Source: a virus (Duplodnaviria; Caudoviricetes). From it: a stretch of DNA of 64,000 nt. Shown here piece after piece: positions 27,939-34,870 of the stretch. The notes under the pieces were generated by a model, which was not told where the DNA came from, searched no databases, and saw only the letters and a program-made list of their open reading frames with translations. Every line of letters begins with the position of its first letter. The stretch's first letter is position 1. The position numbers were made by a program, and so were the translations under genes. Location: the IMG/VR virus record IMGVR_UViG_2974621456_000001, positions 4,870 through 68,869 of that record; one strand, given 5' to 3'.

Positions 27939-28124
27939 ATGTTCACACTTGAAATCCGCACTACCGGAGACGCTTTCGTTGGTTTCACTGAACAAGAGGT
28001 TGCGAAACTTCTTCACGAAGTGGCCCGCGAGTTGCCACTAAAGGGAGCCTCTAACAACACTCGTTCGATCATTGATGCGAACGGAAACCGTTGTGGCTCT
28101 TGGAAGTTGACCAACGATGAGTAA
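27939..28124 (+). CDS. accessory hypothetical protein (61 aa)
   Basis: ATG at 27939 after AGGATGGAA. Confidence 0.7.
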   Translation: MFTLEIRTTGDAFVGFTEQEVAKLLHEVARELPLKGASNNTRSIIDANGNRCGSWKLTNDE

Positions 28125-28329
28125 CTATGCTGAACGGATCAAGCAAGAGACCGAACGTCTAAAGCCATTGTGGCCGAAAGGTATTCGTGTCTTTTGGGAT
28201 CACTTCGGACACAAGCGTTATGGTTCAACGATGGACGTTGATGGTTGCTTTATCAGGGTCAAGCCTGACGACAACCCCAACGATCCAATTTGGTTGGACT
28301 ACCGAAAACTCGAAAAGGTAAGTGCATGA
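28117..28329 (+). CDS. accessory hypothetical protein
   Basis: Overlaps the previous gene; 70 aa. Confidence 0.65.
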   Translation: MSNYAERIKQETERLKPLWPKGIRVFWDHFGHKRYGSTMDVDGCFIRVKPDDNPNDPIWLDYRKLEKVSA

Positions 28330-28586
28330 GGAACATTCAGCTAGACATGAATCAAGTCAGACAAGTACGCAAAGCGGTTGCGGCAATTGACCGTTGCTTG
28401 CTGGAAGCTCAAAGACCTGGTGCCACAATGGCTCTCAGAGACAGGGCAGTAAAGAAAGCACGTTACACGCTGGTCTGTCTTGAGGATATGGTGGACAACA
28501 TTGGTAGCGGCAAGCCTAATCCGTGGTCTGACTACGAACCAATGATTTCCGAAGAGTTCGACCCACCGGTTCCCGCTACCGGATGA
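28326..28586 (+). CDS. accessory hypothetical protein
   Basis: ATG at 28326, ATGA coupling. Confidence 0.65.
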   Translation: MRNIQLDMNQVRQVRKAVAAIDRCLLEAQRPGATMALRDRAVKKARYTLVCLEDMVDNIGSGKPNPWSDYEPMISEEFDPPVPATG

Positions 28587-28595
28587 AAAGCGGTA

Positions 28596-28641
28596 GCTCA
28601 CAACGGTTTTCGCCAAGGTTCGATTCCTTGGGTGAGCACGT
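28596..28641 (+). ncRNA. tRNA-like mini-module M8
   Basis: GCTCAC-aacggttttcg-CCAAGG-ttcgatt-CCTTGG-GTGAGC-acgt. Confidence 0.8.
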
Positions 28642-28687
28642 ACCCCATTGATCCCCAATGGGACCACAATAGAAAGAGGATGGAAAC

Positions 28688-29119
28688 ATGAGCGCACCAA
28701 TCGTTTTGACGGTTCCCGGTTTCTTCGCACCGTCAAACAAGTATTCGTCTTCTGTCGCAATGGTTTTGGACCAAACCGACGGATACAGCGATGAATACGG
28801 AGACGTTAACGAGTATGGCTCTTACGCAATCTCGTTTTACGGCATAGGGATTGAAGAGGCTTACAATCTTGTGGCTGAATTCATTGCTGACACAGTGCAA
28901 TCCTTCAACCCTGGTGTTTGGTGGTCAGAGGTTCGTCAACTCATCGATATTTTGGGTGAGGGTCGAAACTGGATCATCACAACAGACAGTCAGGGTTTCG
29001 TTGGGGCAGAAGCCTTTACGGACGAAGAAGAAGCACGAAAGGTCTTTGAAGAACGCCAGACTGACTATCACGTTTGGTCAAGTCAACGGGAAATCCCCAA
29101 GATTGGGGATGATCTGTGA
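28688..29119 (+). CDS. accessory hypothetical protein
   Basis: AGGATGGAA leader; 143 aa. Confidence 0.75.
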   Translation: MSAPIVLTVPGFFAPSNKYSSSVAMVLDQTDGYSDEYGDVNEYGSYAISFYGIGIEEAYNLVAEFIADTVQSFNPGVWWSEVRQLIDILGEGRNWIITTDSQGFVGAEAFTDEEEARKVFEERQTDYHVWSSQREIPKIGDDL

Positions 29120-29355
29120 AACCATTGCATGTGGTTATGGTCCTATTCCGTTATGTCGCAAAGACTTACGTTGACAATGACGGTCAAGACACGATTGAGG
29201 TTCAGCTTTACGAAACGGAAGGCAACGTTTTTGTTGTCGGAGAAGATGCCGTTGAGTTTGGCCCTGCCTTAAGTCCTTTGATACCAACCAATTTCGGTTG
29301 TTATCAGATGATGGTCTGGTCTCATGATTGCGAAAAAGTCCACGGCTCAAGCTGA
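29116..29355 (+). CDS. accessory hypothetical protein
   Basis: GTGA coupling; 79 aa. Confidence 0.6.
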   Translation: MKPLHVVMVLFRYVAKTYVDNDGQDTIEVQLYETEGNVFVVGEDAVEFGPALSPLIPTNFGCYQMMVWSHDCEKVHGSS

Positions 29356-29364
29356 TTCGTGGCA

Positions 29365-29409
29365 GTCCCGAAGGGTATAACCGTGGTTCAACTCCACGGC
29401 GGGACACGT
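29365..29409 (+). ncRNA. tRNA-like mini-module M9
   Basis: GTCCCG-aagggtataa-CCGTGG-ttcaact-CCACGG-CGGGAC-acgt. Confidence 0.8.
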
Positions 29410-29447
29410 AGCAACGAAAACCGTTGCAACACTGAAAGGATGGAAAG

Positions 29448-29657
29448 ATGATGGATACCAAACAAAGTACCTACGTCAGAATGTTGACCATAGGCCAAGT
29501 GTTTTGGGACGAAGAGCAACTATGGGAAGTTACACGAGAACCCTTGATAGAGAACGATTCTCGTGTGCTTATCTACATTCGTCCTCATCCACATCAAGAG
29601 GGCGAAAGGTCACGTGCTTTTTACTACGCAAACGATAAGCGCGTGAATCTGGCCTGA
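29448..29657 (+). CDS. accessory hypothetical protein
   Basis: AGGATGGAA leader; 69 aa. Confidence 0.7.
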   Translation: MMDTKQSTYVRMLTIGQVFWDEEQLWEVTREPLIENDSRVLIYIRPHPHQEGERSRAFYYANDKRVNLA

Positions 29658-29691
29658 TCAAATGCCGATAGACACCTTATGTCTGTCGGTA

Positions 29692-29790
29692 GACCGTAAT
29701 GGTTTGTCTCACAGAACAATTGACTCTAGACATGGGTATATACGAAAGCTATTGTGAGACAGTCGAGTTCGATTCTCGATACGGTCACCA
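29692..29790 (+). ncRNA. tRNA-like module M10 with inserted arm and ACCA 3' end
   Basis: GACCGT-aatggtt-[TGTCTCACA 39 nt TGTGAGACA]-GTCGAG-ttcgatt-CTCGAT-ACGGTC-acca. Confidence 0.75.
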
Positions 29791-29854
29791 TAGGTGATCC
29801 CCCACCTAGTGAGAACGAAACACGTTCTCTGGCAACAGAAATGAGGATGGAAAA

Positions 29855-30997
29855 ATGAGTCGAGAAACCCGTGCATGGCTGCAAGAGTTCATCCTGGTAG
29901 GCAACTGCAAGGAACGTCCTATGGCGTGGCATTATGACCGTGAACTACAGAAGTCAATGGGTTTGGCAGACAACCACTTTCAAGACCCGATTCCTTATCA
30001 GGTTGTGGTTGATCGTCTTTTCTCGTGGGAACCGAAATCCGTCCCAAAGGCGAATTTGGTTCCGTGTGCCAAGCGTGACGCGAATTTCTTTGGCCCTCAA
30101 GGTCAACCGTATAAAGTCATGCCTACCGGTGTCTGGCAGGAAAACGATGGCCGATTCACCTATGAAGGTGAACAGGGCATTATCCGGTCAGATACCAAGG
30201 CGCACATGGCAACTCATGGATCGGGTTACAAGATTCATGACTACAAAAAGTGGCTCTTGCAGCTACAGTCAAACATCTTGGGTGATTCCCTTACGATCCT
30301 TGGAGCTGGCTTGCTACGCAACGCTTTACAGGCTTACGTGCAAGTGGCTATGCCTACCCCTGAAACTGATGATCTGACCGGATTGAAGTTCGTGCCGTAC
30401 ATCACTGCATCAACTTCGCTAGATGGTTCTCTCCCAACAACTTTCAGTTCTGGCTCTCTCTTGGTTGTTTGTGACAACACGAGAGAGATGGCACTACGTC
30501 AGTCTGAAAGGGCAGGGACCATTTACAAGGCAAAGCACACATCAAAGTCTTTGGAACAGAACAGGATCAAAGACGTTCGTGAAGCTCTTGGAATCGTTCA
30601 TCAGCAAGCCGAAGGGTTTGTTGCTGAAATGCAAGAGCTGGCAAGCATTCCCGTTACCCGCCGGAATTGGGTAAAGGTTCTGGATATCATCTTGCCCTTG
30701 CCTGACCCAACTGACCCGAAGACCAGCAAGCGTGGCATCACAATTGCTGAAAACAAAAGGGAGGTAATGAATCACACGTACTGGAAAGACCCGATGATGA
30801 ACAACATGCAAGGCACTGCCCTAGGTGTGGTTCAAGCGGTCAACACGTACGCGACCCATTACGCGCAAATCAAGGGAAATCGCTTGGAGCGCAACATGGA
30901 AAAGATGGTTAAGGGTGACTTTGGAGACATTGACCGTCGTACAGTCTTGGCTCTGTCAGAAGTCCTGAACCGTCCAGAGTTGGTCTCTGCCAAGTAA
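29855..30997 (+). CDS. DUF932/DUF945-like phage/plasmid protein
   Basis: S.DGS...VVCDNT motif and C-terminal GT..GVVQAVN.Y..H pattern; 380 aa. Confidence 0.7.
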   Translation: MSRETRAWLQEFILVGNCKERPMAWHYDRELQKSMGLADNHFQDPIPYQVVVDRLFSWEPKSVPKANLVPCAKRDANFFGPQGQPYKVMPTGVWQENDGRFTYEGEQGIIRSDTKAHMATHGSGYKIHDYKKWLLQLQSNILGDSLTILGAGLLRNALQAYVQVAMPTPETDDLTGLKFVPYITASTSLDGSLPTTFSSGSLLVVCDNTREMALRQSERAGTIYKAKHTSKSLEQNRIKDVREALGIVHQQAEGFVAEMQELASIPVTRRNWVKVLDIILPLPDPTDPKTSKRGITIAENKREVMNHTYWKDPMMNNMQGTALGVVQAVNTYATHYAQIKGNRLERNMEKMVKGDFGDIDRRTVLALSEVLNRPELVSAK

Positions 30998-31023
30998 TTT
31001 CGAGACAAGAAAGAGAGAAAGCT

Positions 31024-31164
31024 ATGCGTCCTGGTACGTTTCACGCTCCCGGTTTGGGAGAGCCTTTGACCGGCGAAACGAAGAGAATTCTTCGTAGCTG
31101 GAAGAAGAAAGCAGAGTCAAACCGGAAGTGGTACGAAGCTTCAAAAACCAAGAGCGACAAGTAG
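31024..31164 (+). CDS. small basic hypothetical protein (46 aa)
   Basis: Hand-translated MRPGTFHAPGLGEPLTGETKRILRSWKKKAESNRKWYEASKTKSDK; purine-rich upstream tract. Confidence 0.45.
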   Translation: MRPGTFHAPGLGEPLTGETKRILRSWKKKAESNRKWYEASKTKSDK

Positions 31165-31175
31165 TTTCAGAGGTA

Positions 31176-31224
31176 GGGTAGTCACTGGTGTGATTTGTCG
31201 GGTTCGATCCCCGACTACCCACGA
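31176..31224 (+). ncRNA. tRNA-like mini-module M11 (linker may form a small D-arm-like hairpin)
   Basis: GGGTA-gtcac tggt gtgat tt-GTCGGG-ttcgatc-CCCGAC-TACCC-acga. Confidence 0.75.
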
Positions 31225-31263
31225 AGGGCAAAACCATTGCCCTACAACAGAAATGAGGATGGA

Positions 31264-31647
31264 ATGACCAAGACCAAGGTGAAAGAGTGCTTCATTGCCT
31301 TTGTCATCACCATGTCAATTGTGTTCAGCCTCTTTGCAATTGGCAAAATGGCAACAGCCAAGGCCGATTACAACATGGGTTGTGAACGGATAGGTTGGGG
31401 TTTTCTCATGAGCGGTTACAGAACGATCTGCGATGGTCCGAAACGTCCTGATGGAAGTTGGGACAGAACCCGCCGTGAATGGACACCAGCCGGTTGGGTA
31501 AGTGGTTGGTGCTCTCGCTACTCATGCACGGCGGGTTACTACCGTCAGGAATCGACACAGAGGCTAGAAACCTATCCGGTCAATGATGGCAACGTGCTTC
31601 CGAATGAACCCGGTTGGTTGCCACCAGGCACCGTGCTGATTCACTGA
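31264..31647 (+). CDS. secreted CDGP-motif protein
   Basis: N-terminal hydrophobic signal; ICDGPKRPDGSWDRTR motif. Confidence 0.65.
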   Translation: MTKTKVKECFIAFVITMSIVFSLFAIGKMATAKADYNMGCERIGWGFLMSGYRTICDGPKRPDGSWDRTRREWTPAGWVSGWCSRYSCTAGYYRQESTQRLETYPVNDGNVLPNEPGWLPPGTVLIH

Positions 31648-31669
31648 AAGATGAAGGGACAGAGCACAA

Positions 31670-31852
31670 ATGAGGTCTTGCAGTGAGCATGGGGATAACA
31701 GCAACGTCTGTGATTGTTTCCCCAAACCCGCTACAGTTCATAGCCTTTCAGATGTTTATTTTGAAATGGCTTGTGAGCTAGAGAAACAAAGCCGGTTTCA
31801 GTTGGCCAAGCTCTATCTAGCAAGGGCATTGTCCAAGATTCGTTACAGCTGA
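31670..31852 (+). CDS. accessory hypothetical protein
   Basis: 60 aa; CSEH...CDC. Confidence 0.55.
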   Translation: MRSCSEHGDNSNVCDCFPKPATVHSLSDVYFEMACELEKQSRFQLAKLYLARALSKIRYS

Positions 31853-31861
31853 ACCACAACT

Positions 31862-31905
31862 GCCGCAACGGCATACATGCAAGTTCGAGTCTTGCAGCGG
31901 CACGA
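31862..31905 (+). ncRNA. tRNA-like mini-module M12
   Basis: GCCGC-aacggcataca-TGCAAG-ttcgagt-CTTGCA-GCGGC-acga. Confidence 0.8.
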
Positions 31906-31945
31906 AAATCGTTGATCCCCAACGGTTTACAGAAAGGATGGAAAA

Positions 31946-32473
31946 ATGAAGTTTGTTGACCTTTCCACTGGTGAACCCAAAGAGGTTGAGGTCTTTAATC
32001 TTCGGGAGGTTGTGGGCAAAATGTCCGTTGGCCCGGTTCAATACAGCCGTGTTCGGACATTGACTGAATGGATCAAAGAACCCGAAATCTCAACCCCTAC
32101 ACCAGCATTCACCTTCCAAGAGATTGACTACTGGAAGCCTGAACAGGTGAAAGATTGGGATGCACTGTGGGAGAAGCAAATTGAGCTTGAGGCCGAACGG
32201 CAATGGTTGAAACTCAAGTGTGAGACGTTCTCAAAGGCTTATCTGATTGATGAGCTTTTGGATCAAGCCAGAGACCTTGAGAGCCGAAATTCACGGTGCT
32301 ACAACAAGAATCGGGGTAACTCGATGAGTGACGGTCGTCGTCGCGTTGTGGCATTTGAAGGGGTTGAGGCTTTTGTGCGAATGTTGTTGGGGGACACTGG
32401 AATTCCTACCGACAAGAGTCGAGAACTTGCGGAACATATTCGCAAGGCCAAGGCTCATGTAAACATGCAATGA
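31946..32473 (+). CDS. accessory hypothetical protein
   Basis: AGGATGGAA leader; 175 aa. Confidence 0.75.
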   Translation: MKFVDLSTGEPKEVEVFNLREVVGKMSVGPVQYSRVRTLTEWIKEPEISTPTPAFTFQEIDYWKPEQVKDWDALWEKQIELEAERQWLKLKCETFSKAYLIDELLDQARDLESRNSRCYNKNRGNSMSDGRRRVVAFEGVEAFVRMLLGDTGIPTDKSRELAEHIRKAKAHVNMQ

Positions 32474-32481
32474 GCATGGGA

Positions 32482-32526
32482 GACCAGAGTGGTTGTAAGA
32501 CGGTTCGATTCCGTCTCTGGTCACGT
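32482..32526 (+). ncRNA. tRNA-like mini-module M13
   Basis: GACCAG-agtggttgta-AGACGG-ttcgatt-CCGTCT-CTGGTC-acgt. Confidence 0.8.
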
Positions 32527-32564
32527 GATCTGTTGATTACCAACGGATTTGAAAGGATGGAAAA

Positions 32565-32738
32565 ATGAATACACCAACACTCATCGAACCCGACACCTAC
32601 AAGGCCAGGGAGGAAATCTCCAAAATGGCCGAAGAGCAAGGGTTTTCGTCGTTCCACATTCACGGTACGCATGTGATCGGATACCACGATTACAACGATT
32701 GTGGTGGACACGAAATCTGCCGGTGGTGGTCCTCATGA
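32565..32738 (+). CDS. accessory hypothetical protein (57 aa, not in ORF track)
   Basis: ATG at 32565 after AGGATGGAA; MNTPTLIEPDTYKAREE...; TGA overlaps the next ATG. Confidence 0.7.
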   Translation: MNTPTLIEPDTYKAREEISKMAEEQGFSSFHIHGTHVIGYHDYNDCGGHEICRWWSS

Positions 32739-32956
32739 AGACATTTCTTGTCGTTCTGATGGCAATGGCCTTGTCTATCTTGGGGATTCACAACGCATAC
32801 GCTGAACCAAGTTCCCCATGTGGTTACACCAGTAACCTCCCTTGGTCACCGTGTGCTGAAATCTCCCCATTCCAAACGTATCCCGGTTACTACGACCCGC
32901 AAGGGAAGACACCAGGGGCAATGGGTCCGTGGGGTTACGTTCCGAAGGTAGGTTGA
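32735..32956 (+). CDS. small secreted protein
   Basis: MKTFLVVLMAMALSILGIHNAYA-E signal peptide; two Cys. Confidence 0.65.
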   Translation: MKTFLVVLMAMALSILGIHNAYAEPSSPCGYTSNLPWSPCAEISPFQTYPGYYDPQGKTPGAMGPWGYVPKVG

Positions 32957-32957
32957 A

Positions 32958-33104
32958 ATGATCCGAAATGAATGCCCCTGCAAGGGTTTTGGCAATTGGG
33001 AGTCTGATTGCCCCATTCATGGTGTCAATGGCCGGATTTGGCCTAGCGAATCGTATCTGAATCAGATACGGGGAGAAGTCAAGTCAGCAATGAACGGACA
33101 CTGA
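32958..33104 (+). CDS. small hypothetical protein (48 aa)
   Basis: Hand-translated MIRNECPCKGFGNWESDCPIHG...; fills the gap before module M14. Confidence 0.5.
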   Translation: MIRNECPCKGFGNWESDCPIHGVNGRIWPSESYLNQIRGEVKSAMNGH

Positions 33105-33114
33105 CACCACAACA

Positions 33115-33183
33115 GCCCACGTTGGGACTAGTGCAATATGGGGATCTTGCACTACGGAAGTTCGATTCTTCCGGTGGGCACTG
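33115..33183 (+). ncRNA. tRNA-like module M14 with inserted 8-bp arm
   Basis: GCCCAC-gttgggac-[TAGTGCAA tatggggatc TTGCACTA]-CGGAAG-ttcgatt-CTTCCG-GTGGGC-actg. Confidence 0.8.
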
Positions 33184-33225
33184 GAACCGTTGAATACCAA
33201 CGGTTTTGAGTAGAAGAGGATGGAA

Positions 33226-33450
33226 ATGGCACCAACCACACAACAACTCAACAACACTCGTTTTGCCGATGCTGTTCGTGATGGGGTTGAGCACATGCTG
33301 AACTTCTTTGCCACAGAAGACCTTTCGGAGCTATCAAGGGCTGAAAGCATTCTGATGACTGCAAGAGTTCAGACTCAAACCAATCAGGAACGATTGTATG
33401 TGCAACGGTTGATCACCTTGAACACACGGACAGGGATGGTTAAGCGATGA
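33226..33450 (+). CDS. accessory hypothetical protein
   Basis: ATG at 33226 after AGGATGGAA. Confidence 0.7.
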   Translation: MAPTTQQLNNTRFADAVRDGVEHMLNFFATEDLSELSRAESILMTARVQTQTNQERLYVQRLITLNTRTGMVKR

Positions 33451-33662
33451 GCGTACAAATCCGAAATGCCTTGCTAGTTGAGGCAATTCACGATAGGTCA
33501 GGCGAAGTTGTTGGGAAGGCTGTTCGTGGCACAACTGAAAGCACTTGGTACATAGGCCGAATCATCAAAGGCAAGATGACCCAAGTTGCAACAGTTGAGC
33601 CACACTTACCAGAAGTGATGCAGCGCAAGATAATTCTTGCCATCATGAAGGAGATAGGATGA
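33447..33662 (+). CDS. accessory hypothetical protein
   Basis: ATGA coupling; 71 aa. Confidence 0.65.
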   Translation: MSVQIRNALLVEAIHDRSGEVVGKAVRGTTESTWYIGRIIKGKMTQVATVEPHLPEVMQRKIILAIMKEIG

Positions 33663-34000
33663 GTGCGAGAAAAGTTCGTAACTTGTTGTTGCTCTTGCTC
33701 TTTGGTGGAATGATTGCCGCAACAGTGGCTTTCAGTCCAAAAGCAAGCGCTGACCCTGATGAGTTTTGGGCATCGTATGCCATTGACTATGGCAAAACTG
33801 TTGTATGCCAACAGTTTTCATCTGACGGAATAAATCAAGAGACATTCAATCACCTTGGTCGATTCCTGATGTACGGGGAGGGATATTCACCAGAAGAGGC
33901 AGGGAAGATCACCATACTGTCAGCACAAATGTACTGCCCTGAATATATCCCTCGAATCACATTGGTAGCCAAGCAATTTGGTAAGACCACCAGGGCATGA
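33659..34000 (+). CDS. secreted DUF732-like protein
   Basis: Signal peptide ending ASA-DP; C...YCP cysteine pair typical of the family. Confidence 0.6.
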   Translation: MSARKVRNLLLLLLFGGMIAATVAFSPKASADPDEFWASYAIDYGKTVVCQQFSSDGINQETFNHLGRFLMYGEGYSPEEAGKITILSAQMYCPEYIPRITLVAKQFGKTTRA

Positions 34001-34007
34001 TCGAAAG

Positions 34008-34059
34008 GCCAGACTCCGTGAAGGCGGGGCATCGAGATTCAAGCTCTCGACTGGCACGA
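34008..34059 (+). ncRNA. tRNA-like mini-module M15 (hairpin in linker)
   Basis: GCCAG-a[CTCCG tgaagg CGGGG]ca-TCGAGA-ttcaagc-TCTCGA-CTGGC-acga. Confidence 0.75.
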
Positions 34060-34100
34060 GACCTATTGAAAGACATAGGTTTTCAGAAAGGATGGAACAA

Positions 34101-34274
34101 ATGAAGGTCAGAATTGATCTCACCTTACAGGTTGACCCTGATAGGTGGAGAGTGGTTCGTGGCTTGCCAGAGGATACGAATTCCACTGTGCGCCATGATG
34201 TTAAGTCTTGGGCTGAATCCCAAATTGTCATGGCACTTGCAGATGAAAGGATTTTGATCACCGATGGCAGCTAA
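34101..34274 (+). CDS. accessory hypothetical protein (57 aa)
   Basis: ATG at 34101 after AGGATGGAA. Confidence 0.7.
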   Translation: MKVRIDLTLQVDPDRWRVVRGLPEDTNSTVRHDVKSWAESQIVMALADERILITDGS

Positions 34275-34533
34275 GCGAACCAAATCGATTCAAGCGGAAC
34301 GTGTTTCAAGCACGTCGAAACTTCAACAGAAGACCCTTCAAAACGCTTATCGTCATGGCATGACGTGGGACGATTCCGAAGTTTCGTTGCTAGTCAACGG
34401 AATTCAAAAAGATCAGACTACGTTTGATATGGCCATGAACCTTGGACGTTCGTACTACTCAGTACAAGGTGCAAGGGCACACGTTCGTTTCGCAATGGAT
34501 CACATTGCAGTGCTTCGGAAGGCTGCAAAGTAA
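34264..34533 (+). CDS. small Myb/HTH-like DNA-binding protein (putative)
   Basis: W.DSE..LL...MAMNLGRSYYSV pattern. Confidence 0.5.
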   Translation: MAAKRTKSIQAERVSSTSKLQQKTLQNAYRHGMTWDDSEVSLLVNGIQKDQTTFDMAMNLGRSYYSVQGARAHVRFAMDHIAVLRKAAK

Positions 34534-34674
34534 ATGGGTTACGGACTTGGAATCGCTTGCGGGACTGCAATTCTCGGTCTAGCTATCACGACACATCAAG
34601 TGCCTGTGTTCTGGATCGTGGTGGCAGTCCTAACCATCATTGGCTCTCTGTTTGGATTGTGGGTAGATGCATGA
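34534..34674 (+). CDS. small membrane protein (46 aa)
   Basis: Hand-translated; two hydrophobic helices; starts immediately after the preceding TAA. Confidence 0.55.
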   Translation: MGYGLGIACGTAILGLAITTHQVPVFWIVVAVLTIIGSLFGLWVDA

Positions 34675-34808
34675 TGCAAATGATTCGGAAAAGGTTGCGG
34701 GCCAATAGGTTTCGCAAACTACAAAATCGTGCCAACGATGAGCGTTTGGTCAAGTTTCATAGTGACTTGGCCAAACAAACACATGATGAAAGGAAACAGA
34801 AGAGATAA
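34671..34808 (+). CDS. small basic protein (45 aa)
   Basis: ATGA coupling; Arg/Lys-rich. Confidence 0.5.
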   Translation: MMQMIRKRLRANRFRKLQNRANDERLVKFHSDLAKQTHDERKQKR

Positions 34809-34813
34809 CCGTG

Positions 34814-34870
34814 AAAAGCCCGGCTCTTGAATCATTTTGCCTCACAGCATGATTCGAGGGTCGGGCTTTT
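34814..34870 (+). terminator. terminator closing the accessory array
   Basis: 22-bp stem (3 G-U pairs) AAAAGCCCGGCTCTTGAATCAT / ATGATTCGAGGGTCGGGCTTTT ending in TTTT. Confidence 0.75.

Larger units (their letters stand above)
25221..34097 (+). repeat. 16 copies of the invariant leader motif AGGATGGAA, 0-5 nt before start codons
   Basis: Copies start at 25221, 25534, 25902, 26290, 26801, 27246, 27645, 27928, 28677, 29437, 29844, 31256, 31935, 32554, 33217 and 34089. Confidence 0.9.

Noticed and set aside
25142-34059. CRISPR array or integron cassette array (regular repeats plus a Cas4-like gene in the genome)
   Set aside because: The repeats conserve structure rather than sequence, and the spacers are whole genes of variable length. 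No cas1/cas2 or integron integrase is present, and stand-alone Cas4-like nucleases are common in phages.
25142-34059. Calling the modules true tRNA genes or simple terminators
   Set aside because: Most have no D-stem or anticodon arm and no CCA, and there are no U-tracts after the stems. They are reported as tRNA-like elements instead.
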